Source: an uncultured bacterium
Lineage (GTDB): Bacteria; CAIJMQ01
Direction: 5' to 3'
Length of the DNA: 14,440 nucleotides
Assembly (NCBI GenBank): GCA_964573245.1
Contig: CAZNJA010000034.1
Coordinates: forward strand, 1 to 14,440
Shown: positions 6,311 through 14,440 of the stretch, piece by piece
How positions within the stretch are numbered: the first letter of the stretch is position 1
Layout of the letters: each line of letters opens with the position of its first letter
Translations under genes and position numbers: made by a program
Notes under the pieces: generated by a model
What the model was told of the DNA's origin: nothing
The model's input: only the letters and a program-made list of their open reading frames with translations
Database searches by the model: none

Positions 6311-6328
6311 AGTGTCCCTCCTGTTTAC

Positions 6329-6393
6329 AACCGTAATTTTACCACTACACCAAACATTTTAACAATAATGCCGATAGTGTATAATTTACGGTT
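6329..6393. promoter_or_regulatory. Divergent promoter pair inside a 19-bp inverted repeat
   Basis: Minus strand TTGTTA-18-TAAAAT with TGn; plus strand TATAAT at 6380-6385; arms 6329-6347 and 6375-6393 match at 15/19. Confidence 0.5.
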
Positions 6394-6410
6394 AAGTAAG
6401 GCATATTTAT

Positions 6411-7382
6411 ATGATAAAAAATGAGTTTTCCTTAACAAACAAAATCAGACAGACAATATATAGGATAGCAGGCAGGCAACAAGGTGATGTAATCCTAGGT
6501 CCCGGCGATGATACTGCTGTCTTAAAAGAAGGTAAAGATAGATATCTTTTATTCACCTGTGACTCTTTAGTGGAAAATGTCCACTTTTCACTAAATTATA
6601 TGACGCCGCGGAATTTGGGCTGGAAAGCGTTAGCTGTGAATGCAAGCGATATTGCGGCAATGGGCGGACTGCCTAAATATGTAATCGTATCGCTTATCCT
6701 GAATAAAAAAATCAGTGAAAAATGGGTGGATGAGCTATATGCCGGCTTCAAAAAATTCATAAAAGAATTTCCTTTATCATTAGTAGGAGGCAATATTTCC
6801 CGTTCGGATTCGTCGCTCGTCATCGATGTAGCAATGCTCGGAGAAGTCAGCAAGCAAAAATTCATAAAACGTTCAGGAGCTAAAGTCGGGGACTTGATAG
6901 TTGTTACGGGAACATTAGGCAATTCTAAAGCAGGAATGCAAATTTTACAAAAAGGCGGTTCTAATCCGTTTTTGACTAAAAAACACTTAAGACCAACTCC
7001 GCGGCTTAAAGAAATAAGACAAATCACGTCCGAGATAAAATTGAATTCTCTAATAGATATATCGGACGGCTTTACACAAGACCTCTTTCATATACTTAAA
7101 GAAAGCAAAGTTTCAGCAAAAATAGACAAAGTGAAAATACCGATGTCTTTACAACTTAAAAAATTCGCTAAAGAAAAAGCTATTGATTTTGCCTTAGCAG
7201 GCGGAGAAGATTACGAACTTTTATTTACTCTATCAAAAAAAGAAGCAAAAAAATTACCTGTTAAAGTAAATGAAACTGCCTTAAACGTTGTTGGAGAAAT
7301 CATAAAAGGTAACCCGAAAATTATTATAGATGGTAAAGAGATAGCCTCACAAGGATACGACCATTTCAAAAATGAAGATTGA
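6411..7382 (+). CDS. thiL: Thiamine-monophosphate kinase
   Basis: GPGDDTAV, GWKALAVNASDIAAMGG, LVGGN, DISDG, GGEDYELLFT, GYDHF. Confidence 0.96.
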   Translation: MIKNEFSLTNKIRQTIYRIAGRQQGDVILGPGDDTAVLKEGKDRYLLFTCDSLVENVHFSLNYMTPRNLGWKALAVNASDIAAMGGLPKYVIVSLILNKKISEKWVDELYAGFKKFIKEFPLSLVGGNISRSDSSLVIDVAMLGEVSKQKFIKRSGAKVGDLIVVTGTLGNSKAGMQILQKGGSNPFLTKKHLRPTPRLKEIRQITSEIKLNSLIDISDGFTQDLFHILKESKVSAKIDKVKIPMSLQLKKFAKEKAIDFALAGGEDYELLFTLSKKEAKKLPVKVNETALNVVGEIIKGNPKIIIDGKEIASQGYDHFKNED

Positions 7383-7839
7383 ATTGATATCACACTCCGC
7401 ATCAGAAACTGTAAGAATCGGCAAAAAGATAGGCAATCTTCTGCAAAAAGGTGATGTTTTAGGACTAAGCGGCAATTTGGGCGCAGGAAAAACCACTATC
7501 ATACAAGGCATTGCCCGCGGGTTGGGAGTGGACAAAAAACAATATGTCAGAAGCCCTTCTTTTGTTGTGGCACATCAATATGATGGGAAATTACCTGTTT
7601 ACCATATGGATTTATACCGATTAAATGCAAAAGAAATCAGCGATTTGGGGTATGAAGAATATATTTTCGGCGAAGGCGTATGTATAATAGAGTGGATAGA
7701 GAAAATGGGCGAAATCCCCATAAAGGGATGGCTACATATAAATTTGGAATTTTTGAAAGAGGAGAAACAGAGAAAAATCACAATTAAAGTAAAAGGCAAA
7801 TACGAAAAATTAATAAAGGAATTGGCAAAAATCGCATAA
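7372..7839 (+). CDS. tsaE: tRNA threonylcarbamoyladenosine biosynthesis ATPase
   Basis: Walker A GNLGAGKT, SPSF, YHMDLYRL, IIEW; overlaps the end of thiL. Confidence 0.96.
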   Translation: MKIELISHSASETVRIGKKIGNLLQKGDVLGLSGNLGAGKTTIIQGIARGLGVDKKQYVRSPSFVVAHQYDGKLPVYHMDLYRLNAKEISDLGYEEYIFGEGVCIIEWIEKMGEIPIKGWLHINLEFLKEEKQRKITIKVKGKYEKLIKELAKIA

Positions 7840-7858
7840 ACAAAAACCAAAAATTCTT

Positions 7859-8719
7859 ATGATACTTGAAGATTCTAGGGATTTAAAAAACTATATAGAA
7901 AAAAAACAGAAGAAAATAAACGCAGTGTTAAAAAAGCTCCTGCCCGCCAAAAATAAGGATATCCTTTCCAAAGCTATATATTACAGCGTATTTTCCGGCG
8001 GCAAAAGATTCAGGCCGATTTTATGCTTAGCTGCGCATGAAATGTTTCTGCCCGAGCCCGAAAACGATAATATATTGGCTATCGCCTCCTCTATTGAATT
8101 ATTTCATGCTTTTACACTTATCCATGACGATTTGCCCTGCATGGATAACGACGATTACAGACGCGGCAAGCTCACGTCTCATAAAGTTTTCGGGAAACCG
8201 CTCGCCCTTTTAGCAGGAGACGCTTTATTTAATCTGGGGTATGAAGCCATAGTGAACTCAAAAATGCCGGATAAGGTAAAAATAAAAGTTATCAAAGAAA
8301 TTTCCCGTTCTTTGGGAATAAAAGGCGTTGTGGGAGGACAGGCAAAAGATATAACGACAAAAAAGAAAAATTTGAGCATCAAGCAGTTAAAAGAAATTTA
8401 TTTGGGAAAAACGGCTTCTTTGCTGGAAGCGTCTGTAAAAATAGGCGGATTGGTTGCCAACGCAAATCCTAAAAAACTTAACGCTTTATCCTGTTACGGG
8501 AAAAATTTAGGGCTTGGGTTCCAGATTATGGACGACGTCCTTGAAGCAAAAGCGGGAGCCAGCAAAGAAAAGAATTATGTAACTCTACTAGGGCTTGAAA
8601 CCGCGCAAAAAGAAGCGCTTAAAACCATAAACAAAGCCAAAAATTCTCTAAATATTTTCGGAAAAAATGCTAAAATACTTAAGTTTGTAGCCGATTGGTG
8701 TATAGAAAGGAAAAACTAA
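7859..8719 (+). CDS. ispA: Short-chain polyprenyl diphosphate synthase (FPP/GGPP synthase-like)
   Basis: GGKRFRP, first aspartate-rich motif LIHDDLPCMDNDDYRRG, LAGDAL, GGQAKD, KTASL; second motif FQIMDDVLE is degenerate. Confidence 0.85.
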   Translation: MILEDSRDLKNYIEKKQKKINAVLKKLLPAKNKDILSKAIYYSVFSGGKRFRPILCLAAHEMFLPEPENDNILAIASSIELFHAFTLIHDDLPCMDNDDYRRGKLTSHKVFGKPLALLAGDALFNLGYEAIVNSKMPDKVKIKVIKEISRSLGIKGVVGGQAKDITTKKKNLSIKQLKEIYLGKTASLLEASVKIGGLVANANPKKLNALSCYGKNLGLGFQIMDDVLEAKAGASKEKNYVTLLGLETAQKEALKTINKAKNSLNIFGKNAKILKFVADWCIERKN

Positions 8720-8720
8720 A

Positions 8721-10010
8721 ATGGAAAAAGTATACATAGGAATAATAGGTTTTGGAAATATCGGAAGCGGAGTCGTAAAACTTTTTAAAAAAAATTTCTC
8801 CTTGATAAAAGAAAGGATAGGGATTGAAATCTGCATCAAAAAGATTGCCGACATCGATTTTAAAAAAACCCAGGACGTCAAGATAGACAAAAAAATCTTA
8901 ACGAAGAACGCGCGTGAAATCATCGACGACCCGCAAATTCAGATAGTCGCAGAACTTATCGGAGGAATACATCCCGCCAAAGAGTTTATTGTAAATTCCC
9001 TTAAAAAAGGCAAATCCGTAGTAACCGCAAATAAAGCGCTTCTTGCCGAAAAAGGAAGGGAAATTTTCCAGACTGCTATGTATAATAGACGGGATATTTA
9101 TTTTGAAGCAAGCGTTTGTGGAGGAATTCCGATAATAAAGATTATAAGAGAAGCACTGCTTACCAACCGCATAGATTATATGGCGGGAATAATCAACGGA
9201 ACAGCCAATTATATTTTAAGCAGAATGGAAGAGGGACTTACTTTCAAGCAAGCGCTCACAGACGCGCAAAAAAAAGGCGTCGCGGAAAGAGAACCTTCTT
9301 TGGATATAGAAGGAATTGATGCGGCACACAAACTCGCTATATTGGGGGGGTTGATTTTTGATATTCCGTTAACTTTCAAAAATATATATTCTGAAGGCAT
9401 TTCTTCGCTTACTCCCATGGATTTGAAATTCGCAAAAGAATTCGGTTACGCCGTAAAACTGCTTGCGATAGCAAAAGAAGATAATGGTAATTTTCAGTTT
9501 AGGGTAAACCCCGCCTTAATAAATATTAAACATCAATTAGCCACGGTAAGAGACGAATACAACGCGGTATATATTAAAGGTGACGCTGTTGGAAAAATGC
9601 TTTTTTACGGAAAAGGCGCGGGGAAATTGCCCACCGCATCCGCAGTTTTAAGCGACATTATAGATATAGCAAGAAACTTGAAATTCAAAACTTGCATTCG
9701 AATTACTCCCGTTACATACAGCAAAAAGTCATATAGAATTATACCAGTCAAACAACTAAAAAGTTTATATTATTTACGAATAATGGCAATGGATAAACCA
9801 GGAGTTCTCGCGAAAATTTCCAATATTCTCGGAGAGCATAATATAAGCATCGCTTCAGTATTTCAAAAAGAAAGAAACAAAGCCGAAGCAGTTCCCATAG
9901 TAATGATGACTCACGAAGCAATAGAAAAAAACATGAGCGCTGCAATAAAAAAGATAAACAAACTACCTGCTGTCAAAGAAAATACAGTCAGGATAAGGGT
10001 GGAGGAATAA
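8721..10010 (+). CDS. hom: Homoserine dehydrogenase with C-terminal ACT domain
   Basis: GFGNIGSG, VVTANKAL, FEASVCGGIP, GIINGTANYIL, DIEGIDAAHKL, GKGAGKLPTASAV, ACT domain DKPGVLAKI. Confidence 0.97.
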   Translation: MEKVYIGIIGFGNIGSGVVKLFKKNFSLIKERIGIEICIKKIADIDFKKTQDVKIDKKILTKNAREIIDDPQIQIVAELIGGIHPAKEFIVNSLKKGKSVVTANKALLAEKGREIFQTAMYNRRDIYFEASVCGGIPIIKIIREALLTNRIDYMAGIINGTANYILSRMEEGLTFKQALTDAQKKGVAEREPSLDIEGIDAAHKLAILGGLIFDIPLTFKNIYSEGISSLTPMDLKFAKEFGYAVKLLAIAKEDNGNFQFRVNPALINIKHQLATVRDEYNAVYIKGDAVGKMLFYGKGAGKLPTASAVLSDIIDIARNLKFKTCIRITPVTYSKKSYRIIPVKQLKSLYYLRIMAMDKPGVLAKISNILGEHNISIASVFQKERNKAEAVPIVMMTHEAIEKNMSAAIKKINKLPAVKENTVRIRVEE

Positions 10011-10063
10011 AATTCAAGTTAACAAAGGTTAACCAACATTAACCTCTATTAATTCAAAAAACC

Positions 10064-10627
10064 ATGAATCTCTTAACAAATATAAATCACAATTTATTTC
10101 TTTTTCTTAACCGCTATAATTTCCCTATCGCGGATAAATTGATGCTCTTTTTTACTTCTACGGGAAACGGACTGGTTATCTTAACCGTTGTCCTTGTTGT
10201 TTTGGCTTTTATCGACAGAAAAAGAATGTCAAGAATTGGCATTACTATTTTGTTCGCGGGAGTGCTGGGCGGAATACTCGTTTACTTGCTCAAATGCCAA
10301 ATCACATTGCCAAGACCCTTAGTTGTTTTCCCTGACGCGCATTTTTTAGGAGACCCTTTAAAATGGGGCTCTTTCCCCTCGGGACACACGCAACTTTGTT
10401 TTTCGACCGCCGTGATTCTTGCCAAAGAATATAAAAAAAGTTGGAAATTACTATATTTATGGGCATTTTTAGTCGGATATTCAAGAATATATGTTGGAGC
10501 GCATTTCCCGCTGGATATAATCGCTGGCGGGGTAATCGGCTACCTATCGGGCAAATTCGTCCTTTGGTATAATTATATTTTAAAGAAAGAACTTCAACCA
10601 CCTTTAAAAACAAAAGAGGGGGAATAA
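10064..10627 (+). CDS. PAP2-family membrane phosphatase (second paralogue)
   Basis: Motifs C1 [10 protein letters not shown]2 SFPSGH, C3 [12 protein letters not shown]; the stop overlaps the thrC start (TAATG). Confidence 0.92.
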   Translation: MNLLTNINHNLFLFLNRYNFPIADKLMLFFTSTGNGLVILTVVLVVLAFIDRKRMSRIGITILFAGVLGGILVYLLKCQITLPRPLVVFPDAHFLGDPLKWGSFPSGHTQLCFSTAVILAKEYKKSWKLLYLWAFLVGYSRIYVGAHFPLDIIAGGVIGYLSGKFVLWYNYILKKELQPPLKTKEGE

Positions 10628-11682
10628 TGTGGCAAGGAATAATTCATAAATATAGAGAGTTTCTTCCTGTTACAAAAGATACGCCGGTAATAACACTGAA
10701 CGAGGGAAATACTCCTCTCATTCCCGCTAAAATTCTTTCAAAAATAACTGGTGCAAAAGTATATTTGAAATATGAGGGCGCGAATCCCACAGGCTCTTTC
10801 AAAGACAGAGGCATGACTCTTGCTATATCCAAAGCCGTGGAAGAAGGCTCTGCTTCAGTAATGTGCGCATCTACAGGCAACACTTCCGCTTCAGCCGCGG
10901 CTTATGCCGCAAGAGCAGGAATAAAATGCGCCGTTCTGATACCCGAAGGCGCAATTGCGCTGGGCAAACTTTCCCAAGCGCTTATGCACGGTGCAAAAGT
11001 AGTTGCTATAAAAGGGAATTTTGATGACGCTTTGGCAATGGTCGTAAAAATCACCTCATCGCATCCTGTAACATTGGTTAATTCTTTGAATCCATACAGA
11101 CTGGAAGGACAAAAAACAGGTTCCTTTGAAATATGCGACCAACTCGAAAAAGCTCCTGATTTCCATTTTATACCTGTCGGAAATGCCGGCAATATCACTG
11201 CTTATTGGATGGGATATAAAGAATATAAAGCCAGAGGCAAAATAAATTCTCTGCCGAAAATGATAGGTTGGCAAGCGGAAGGTTCGGCGCCAATCGTAAA
11301 GAAAATGGTGATAAAAAAACCCGAAACCATTGCGACGGCAATCAGAATAGGAAATCCCGCAAGATGGAAAGAAGCAGAAAAAGCCGCATCATCTTCGGGA
11401 GGTTTTATAAACGCAGTATCTGATCAGGAAATTTTACACGCATACCATCTTTTGGCAGACAAAGAAGGCGTATTTGCCGAACCCGCTTCATGTGCTTCGG
11501 TTGCGGGGCTGCTTAAAACAAAAGAAAAAAATCTACTGAAATTAAAAGATTCAACTGTTGTATGTATACTAACAGGATGCGGGCTTAAAGATCCAGACAG
11601 AGCGGTCCACGAATCGCCTAAACCAACTATTCTGCCTAAAGAAGATATAGAAAAAGTGCTGGACATAACAGGTGTTAGATGA
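10627..11682 (+). CDS. thrC: Threonine synthase
   Basis: [19 protein letters not shown] (PLP lysine), [37 protein letters not shown]. Confidence 0.97.
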   Translation: MWQGIIHKYREFLPVTKDTPVITLNEGNTPLIPAKILSKITGAKVYLKYEGANPTGSFKDRGMTLAISKAVEEGSASVMCASTGNTSASAAAYAARAGIKCAVLIPEGAIALGKLSQALMHGAKVVAIKGNFDDALAMVVKITSSHPVTLVNSLNPYRLEGQKTGSFEICDQLEKAPDFHFIPVGNAGNITAYWMGYKEYKARGKINSLPKMIGWQAEGSAPIVKKMVIKKPETIATAIRIGNPARWKEAEKAASSSGGFINAVSDQEILHAYHLLADKEGVFAEPASCASVAGLLKTKEKNLLKLKDSTVVCILTGCGLKDPDRAVHESPKPTILPKEDIEKVLDITGVR

Positions 11683-12590
11683 AAAAACGACTTTGTTTTA
11701 TCGCAGCAATAATAATTATCGCAACTACACTACTTGTAATTATTCAAACCTTATTGTCCTTGCAAATAAAGCAGAAAATAAAAAGTTGGACGAAAGAACA
11801 AAAATTGGAAATTTCTGATTTTAGGTGCAATTTGAACCTTTTGACGGGAAAAATAAATTTCAAAAATCTTACGTTAAAACAGGCAAACAATGACTTTAAA
11901 GTCAAAAAGGGTTATATTGCCTTCAAACTCCTGGATTTTTTGTCAAACAAAAATATAAAAGGAATTTACATAAACGAAGCAGAGGTAAAACTCGAAAATT
12001 TTATCCCATTTTCATTTCCGAATATGACAAAAAAACCTACTTGTATAGATAAAATAGAAATTAAAAATTTGAATTTGCAAATCGGCCCTTCCAACGGCAA
12101 TAATATTACAGACATAAATATATTTGGTTATTTTGAAAATATAGGAACAAATAAAGATACGGTGTTTTTAGTTAACGCCTCATCCAATTCTTCTTTTATG
12201 GAAATCAAAGGAAATTTTGACTGCGATGATTGGAAGAAACGTCTTGCTTATCAAGTTCTCGGAGAAGATGTGTCTCTTGAAATAATCAATGTTTTGGAAG
12301 AGGGGTTTTTGTCATCTAAAATAAGAGAACAACTCCTTTCTCTTTATCTTAAAGATATTCTGATGGTAAAACTCCATGGAAAAATGGATATTGTCGGGAA
12401 CGGCGAGATAAACGAACAGAACATAGATTCCAAATTAAATTTTTTAGTGTCGGAATTATCGTGTGAAACAGATAATGAACGCATTAAATCTCTCGTCAAA
12501 AAAATAAGCAGCAACGGAGAGATCCAAATAAACTATAAAATATACGGCACTACGTCAAACCCCTATCTAACATATGATATATCTTTTTGA
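11679..12590 (+). CDS. Hypothetical membrane-anchored beta-rich protein, possibly AsmA/DUF748-like
   Basis: Basic N-terminus plus one hydrophobic helix, alternating beta-strand pattern, C-terminal KIYGTTSNP resembling the 'GT..nP' ending of AsmA-like proteins; ATGA overlap with thrC. The family call is inference. Confidence 0.7.
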   Translation: MKKRLCFIAAIIIIATTLLVIIQTLLSLQIKQKIKSWTKEQKLEISDFRCNLNLLTGKINFKNLTLKQANNDFKVKKGYIAFKLLDFLSNKNIKGIYINEAEVKLENFIPFSFPNMTKKPTCIDKIEIKNLNLQIGPSNGNNITDINIFGYFENIGTNKDTVFLVNASSNSSFMEIKGNFDCDDWKKRLAYQVLGEDVSLEIINVLEEGFLSSKIREQLLSLYLKDILMVKLHGKMDIVGNGEINEQNIDSKLNFLVSELSCETDNERIKSLVKKISSNGEIQINYKIYGTTSNPYLTYDISF

Positions 12591-12623
12591 ATGCGGCAAA
12601 TAATAAGTAGGAAGTAGGAAAAA

Positions 12624-13814
12624 ATGAAATACATAATGTTAATTGGCGACGGAATGGCTGATAGAAAAATACCAAACAGAGACAGGAAAACACCGCTTCA
12701 ATTAGCCAATATTCCCAACATAAATCGCTTAGCCAAAGAAGGCCAATGTGGTATGGTCAAAACTCTCCTGCCAAACCTGCCAAAAGGAAGTGACGTGGCT
12801 ACAATGTCGCTTTTGGGATGCGACCCGAAAAAATTCTATACGGGGCGAGGGCCTCTGGAAGCACTCAATCTTGGTATAAACTTAAAAATGAAAGAAACCG
12901 CTTTTAGGTGCAATCTCGTCACTGTTTCAGAGGGCAAACTTGTTGATTATTCAAGCGGACATATCTCGTCCAAAGAAGCAAAAATTTTAATGGAAGAATT
13001 ACAAAAAAAAATGGGAAGCCAGCATTTTGCTTTTTATCCTGGGTTGTCCTACCGAAACATTATGGTGGCTCGAAGAAATTCGGGCATTATCCTGGATAAT
13101 TTAGAAACTCGCCCTCCCCATGATATAATTGGAACCCCTTTAGAAGAAAATTTGCCAAAAGGCAAAAGTTCAGCAATATTAAAAAGGTTGATACAGAGGT
13201 CTTATGAAATATTAAAAGACCATCCGGTAAATATAAAGAGACAAAAAAGAAACGAAAACCCCGCGAATATGATTTGGTTGTGGGGCGGAGGTAAGAAACC
13301 CAATATCCCTTCCTTTTACGAAAAACACGGTAAGAAAGGCGCAGTAATATCGGCGGTGGACATAGTAAAAGGGATAGGAAAAGCAATCGGCATGGAAAGC
13401 ATATCCATAAAAGGAGCCACGGGATTTTTGGACACTAATTACCGCGGAAAAGTGAACGCGGCGATCAAAGCCATAAAAACGAAAGATTTTGTTTTGGTCC
13501 ATTTGGAAGCCCCCGATGAAGCTTCGCATTTGGGAGATTTGGATTTAAAGATTAAAGCGATAGAACTATTTGACAGAAAAATTGTGGGGCCCATATTAAA
13601 GTATGTCTTAAAAAGCAAAGACAAATATAAAATTTTCGTGGGATGCGACCACGCTACACCCCTAATAATAAAAACGCATACGGATGAGGCAGTCCCATTT
13701 CTTATATGGGGAGATAAAAAAGACGGTTGCGTTTCTTATAACGAAATAGCAATTTCTTCTTCCCCCTTATACTTTGAAGAAGGCTATAAATTGATGGAAT
13801 ACTTTTTGAAATAA
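12624..13814 (+). CDS. apgM: Cofactor-independent phosphoglycerate mutase family (ApgM-like; 'proposed homoserine kinase' subgroup)
   Basis: GDGMAD, TPLQ, GSDVA (catalytic Ser), YTGRGPLEA, AFRCNLV, HLEAPDEASH, DHATP, HT..AVPF; located in a threonine gene cluster. Confidence 0.9.
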   Translation: MKYIMLIGDGMADRKIPNRDRKTPLQLANIPNINRLAKEGQCGMVKTLLPNLPKGSDVATMSLLGCDPKKFYTGRGPLEALNLGINLKMKETAFRCNLVTVSEGKLVDYSSGHISSKEAKILMEELQKKMGSQHFAFYPGLSYRNIMVARRNSGIILDNLETRPPHDIIGTPLEENLPKGKSSAILKRLIQRSYEILKDHPVNIKRQKRNENPANMIWLWGGGKKPNIPSFYEKHGKKGAVISAVDIVKGIGKAIGMESISIKGATGFLDTNYRGKVNAAIKAIKTKDFVLVHLEAPDEASHLGDLDLKIKAIELFDRKIVGPILKYVLKSKDKYKIFVGCDHATPLIIKTHTDEAVPFLIWGDKKDGCVSYNEIAISSSPLYFEEGYKLMEYFLK

Positions 13815-13836
13815 ACTGTTAACTTAAAATTAAAAC

Positions 13837-14440
13837 ATGGCACTAATAGTAAAAAAATTCGGCGGTTCCTCCCTGGCAACGCCAGAACATATAAAAAATA
13901 TCGCAAAAAGAATAGTAGAAGATAAACAAAACAACAACAGCATTGTCGTTGTTGTTTCGGCAAGCGGAGACACTACGGACGATTTGATTTCTTTGGCAAA
14001 GAAAATGCATCCCAACCCGCCCCATAGAGAAATGGACATGTTGCTTTCCACAGGAGAGATAGTTTCCAGTTCGCTTATGTCAATGGCTATAGACAATTTG
14101 GGGGAAAAAGCAGTTTCTCTTACAGGGCCACAAATCGGAATCATGACCGACAGCGCACATACCCGCGCTTCAATCAAAAAAGTCAAAACAGAAAGAATTG
14201 CTAACGAACTGAAAAAGGGTAAAATCGTCGTTGTGGCAGGCTTTCAAGGAAAAGACGACCAGGACGAAATAACACACTTGGCAGAGGCGGTTCAGATGCA
14301 ACCGCAATAGCTTTGGCTATAGCTTTAAAAGCGGACATTTGCGAAATATTCACGGATGTTGACGGTATATATACCACCGACCCGCGTATTGTTCCGGAGG
14401 CGAAAAAAATAAAAATTATTTCTTACGACGAAATGTTGGA
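13837..14440 (+). pseudogene. lysC: Aspartate kinase with a 1-bp frameshift near 14272-14276 (real lesion or sequencing error); runs off the right edge
   Basis: MALIVKKFGGSS...VVVVSA...EMDMLLSTGE...VVAGFQG...EIT. After adding one base it continues [55 protein letters not shown] to the window end. Confidence 0.85.

Noticed and set aside
6311-6410. TPP riboswitch or amino-acid attenuator before thiL
   Set aside because: No CTGAGA-type TPP motif, and the 100-bp gap is taken up by divergent promoter elements.
12605-12620. AAGTAGG tandem duplication before apgM
   Set aside because: Two copies of a 7-mer overlapping the ribosome-binding site; too short to interpret.
3384-14186. Many overlapping or antisense ORFs in the track (e.g. 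3877-4329, 5781-6218, 6596-7027, 13830-14186)
   Set aside because: All overlap well-supported genes in other frames and show no family motifs.

Overview
An AT-rich, gene-dense bacterial chromosome segment made mostly of housekeeping genes. Left part, minus strand: a PAP2 phosphatase, queD-queE-queF (queuosine precursor synthesis, no queC in the window), a dCMP deaminase-family gene, then nrdR and the 5' part of a class III ribonucleotide reductase (nrdD, two ATP cones, missed by the ORF track). nrdR-nrdD has a consensus sigma70 promoter and an NrdR box. Middle: a PilZ protein and a DUF355 + MEMO1 (AmmeMemoRadiSam B) pair. Right part, plus strand: thiL-tsaE-polyprenyl synthase-hom-PAP2-thrC-hypothetical-apgM-like-aspartokinase, with no thrB in the window and a 1-bp frameshift in the aspartokinase. 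The most unusual signal is non-coding. The nrdR leader (1201-1355) holds a 63-bp two-hairpin element with a second 63-bp copy inserted in its own loop and a third hairpin inserted in its stem; all stems show compensatory changes. A 104-bp MITE-like element with perfect 15-bp terminal inverted repeats sits at the PAP2 stop codon and the putative queD -35 box. No transposase, tRNA, rRNA or CRISPR array was seen. All calls were made by eye, without database searches.
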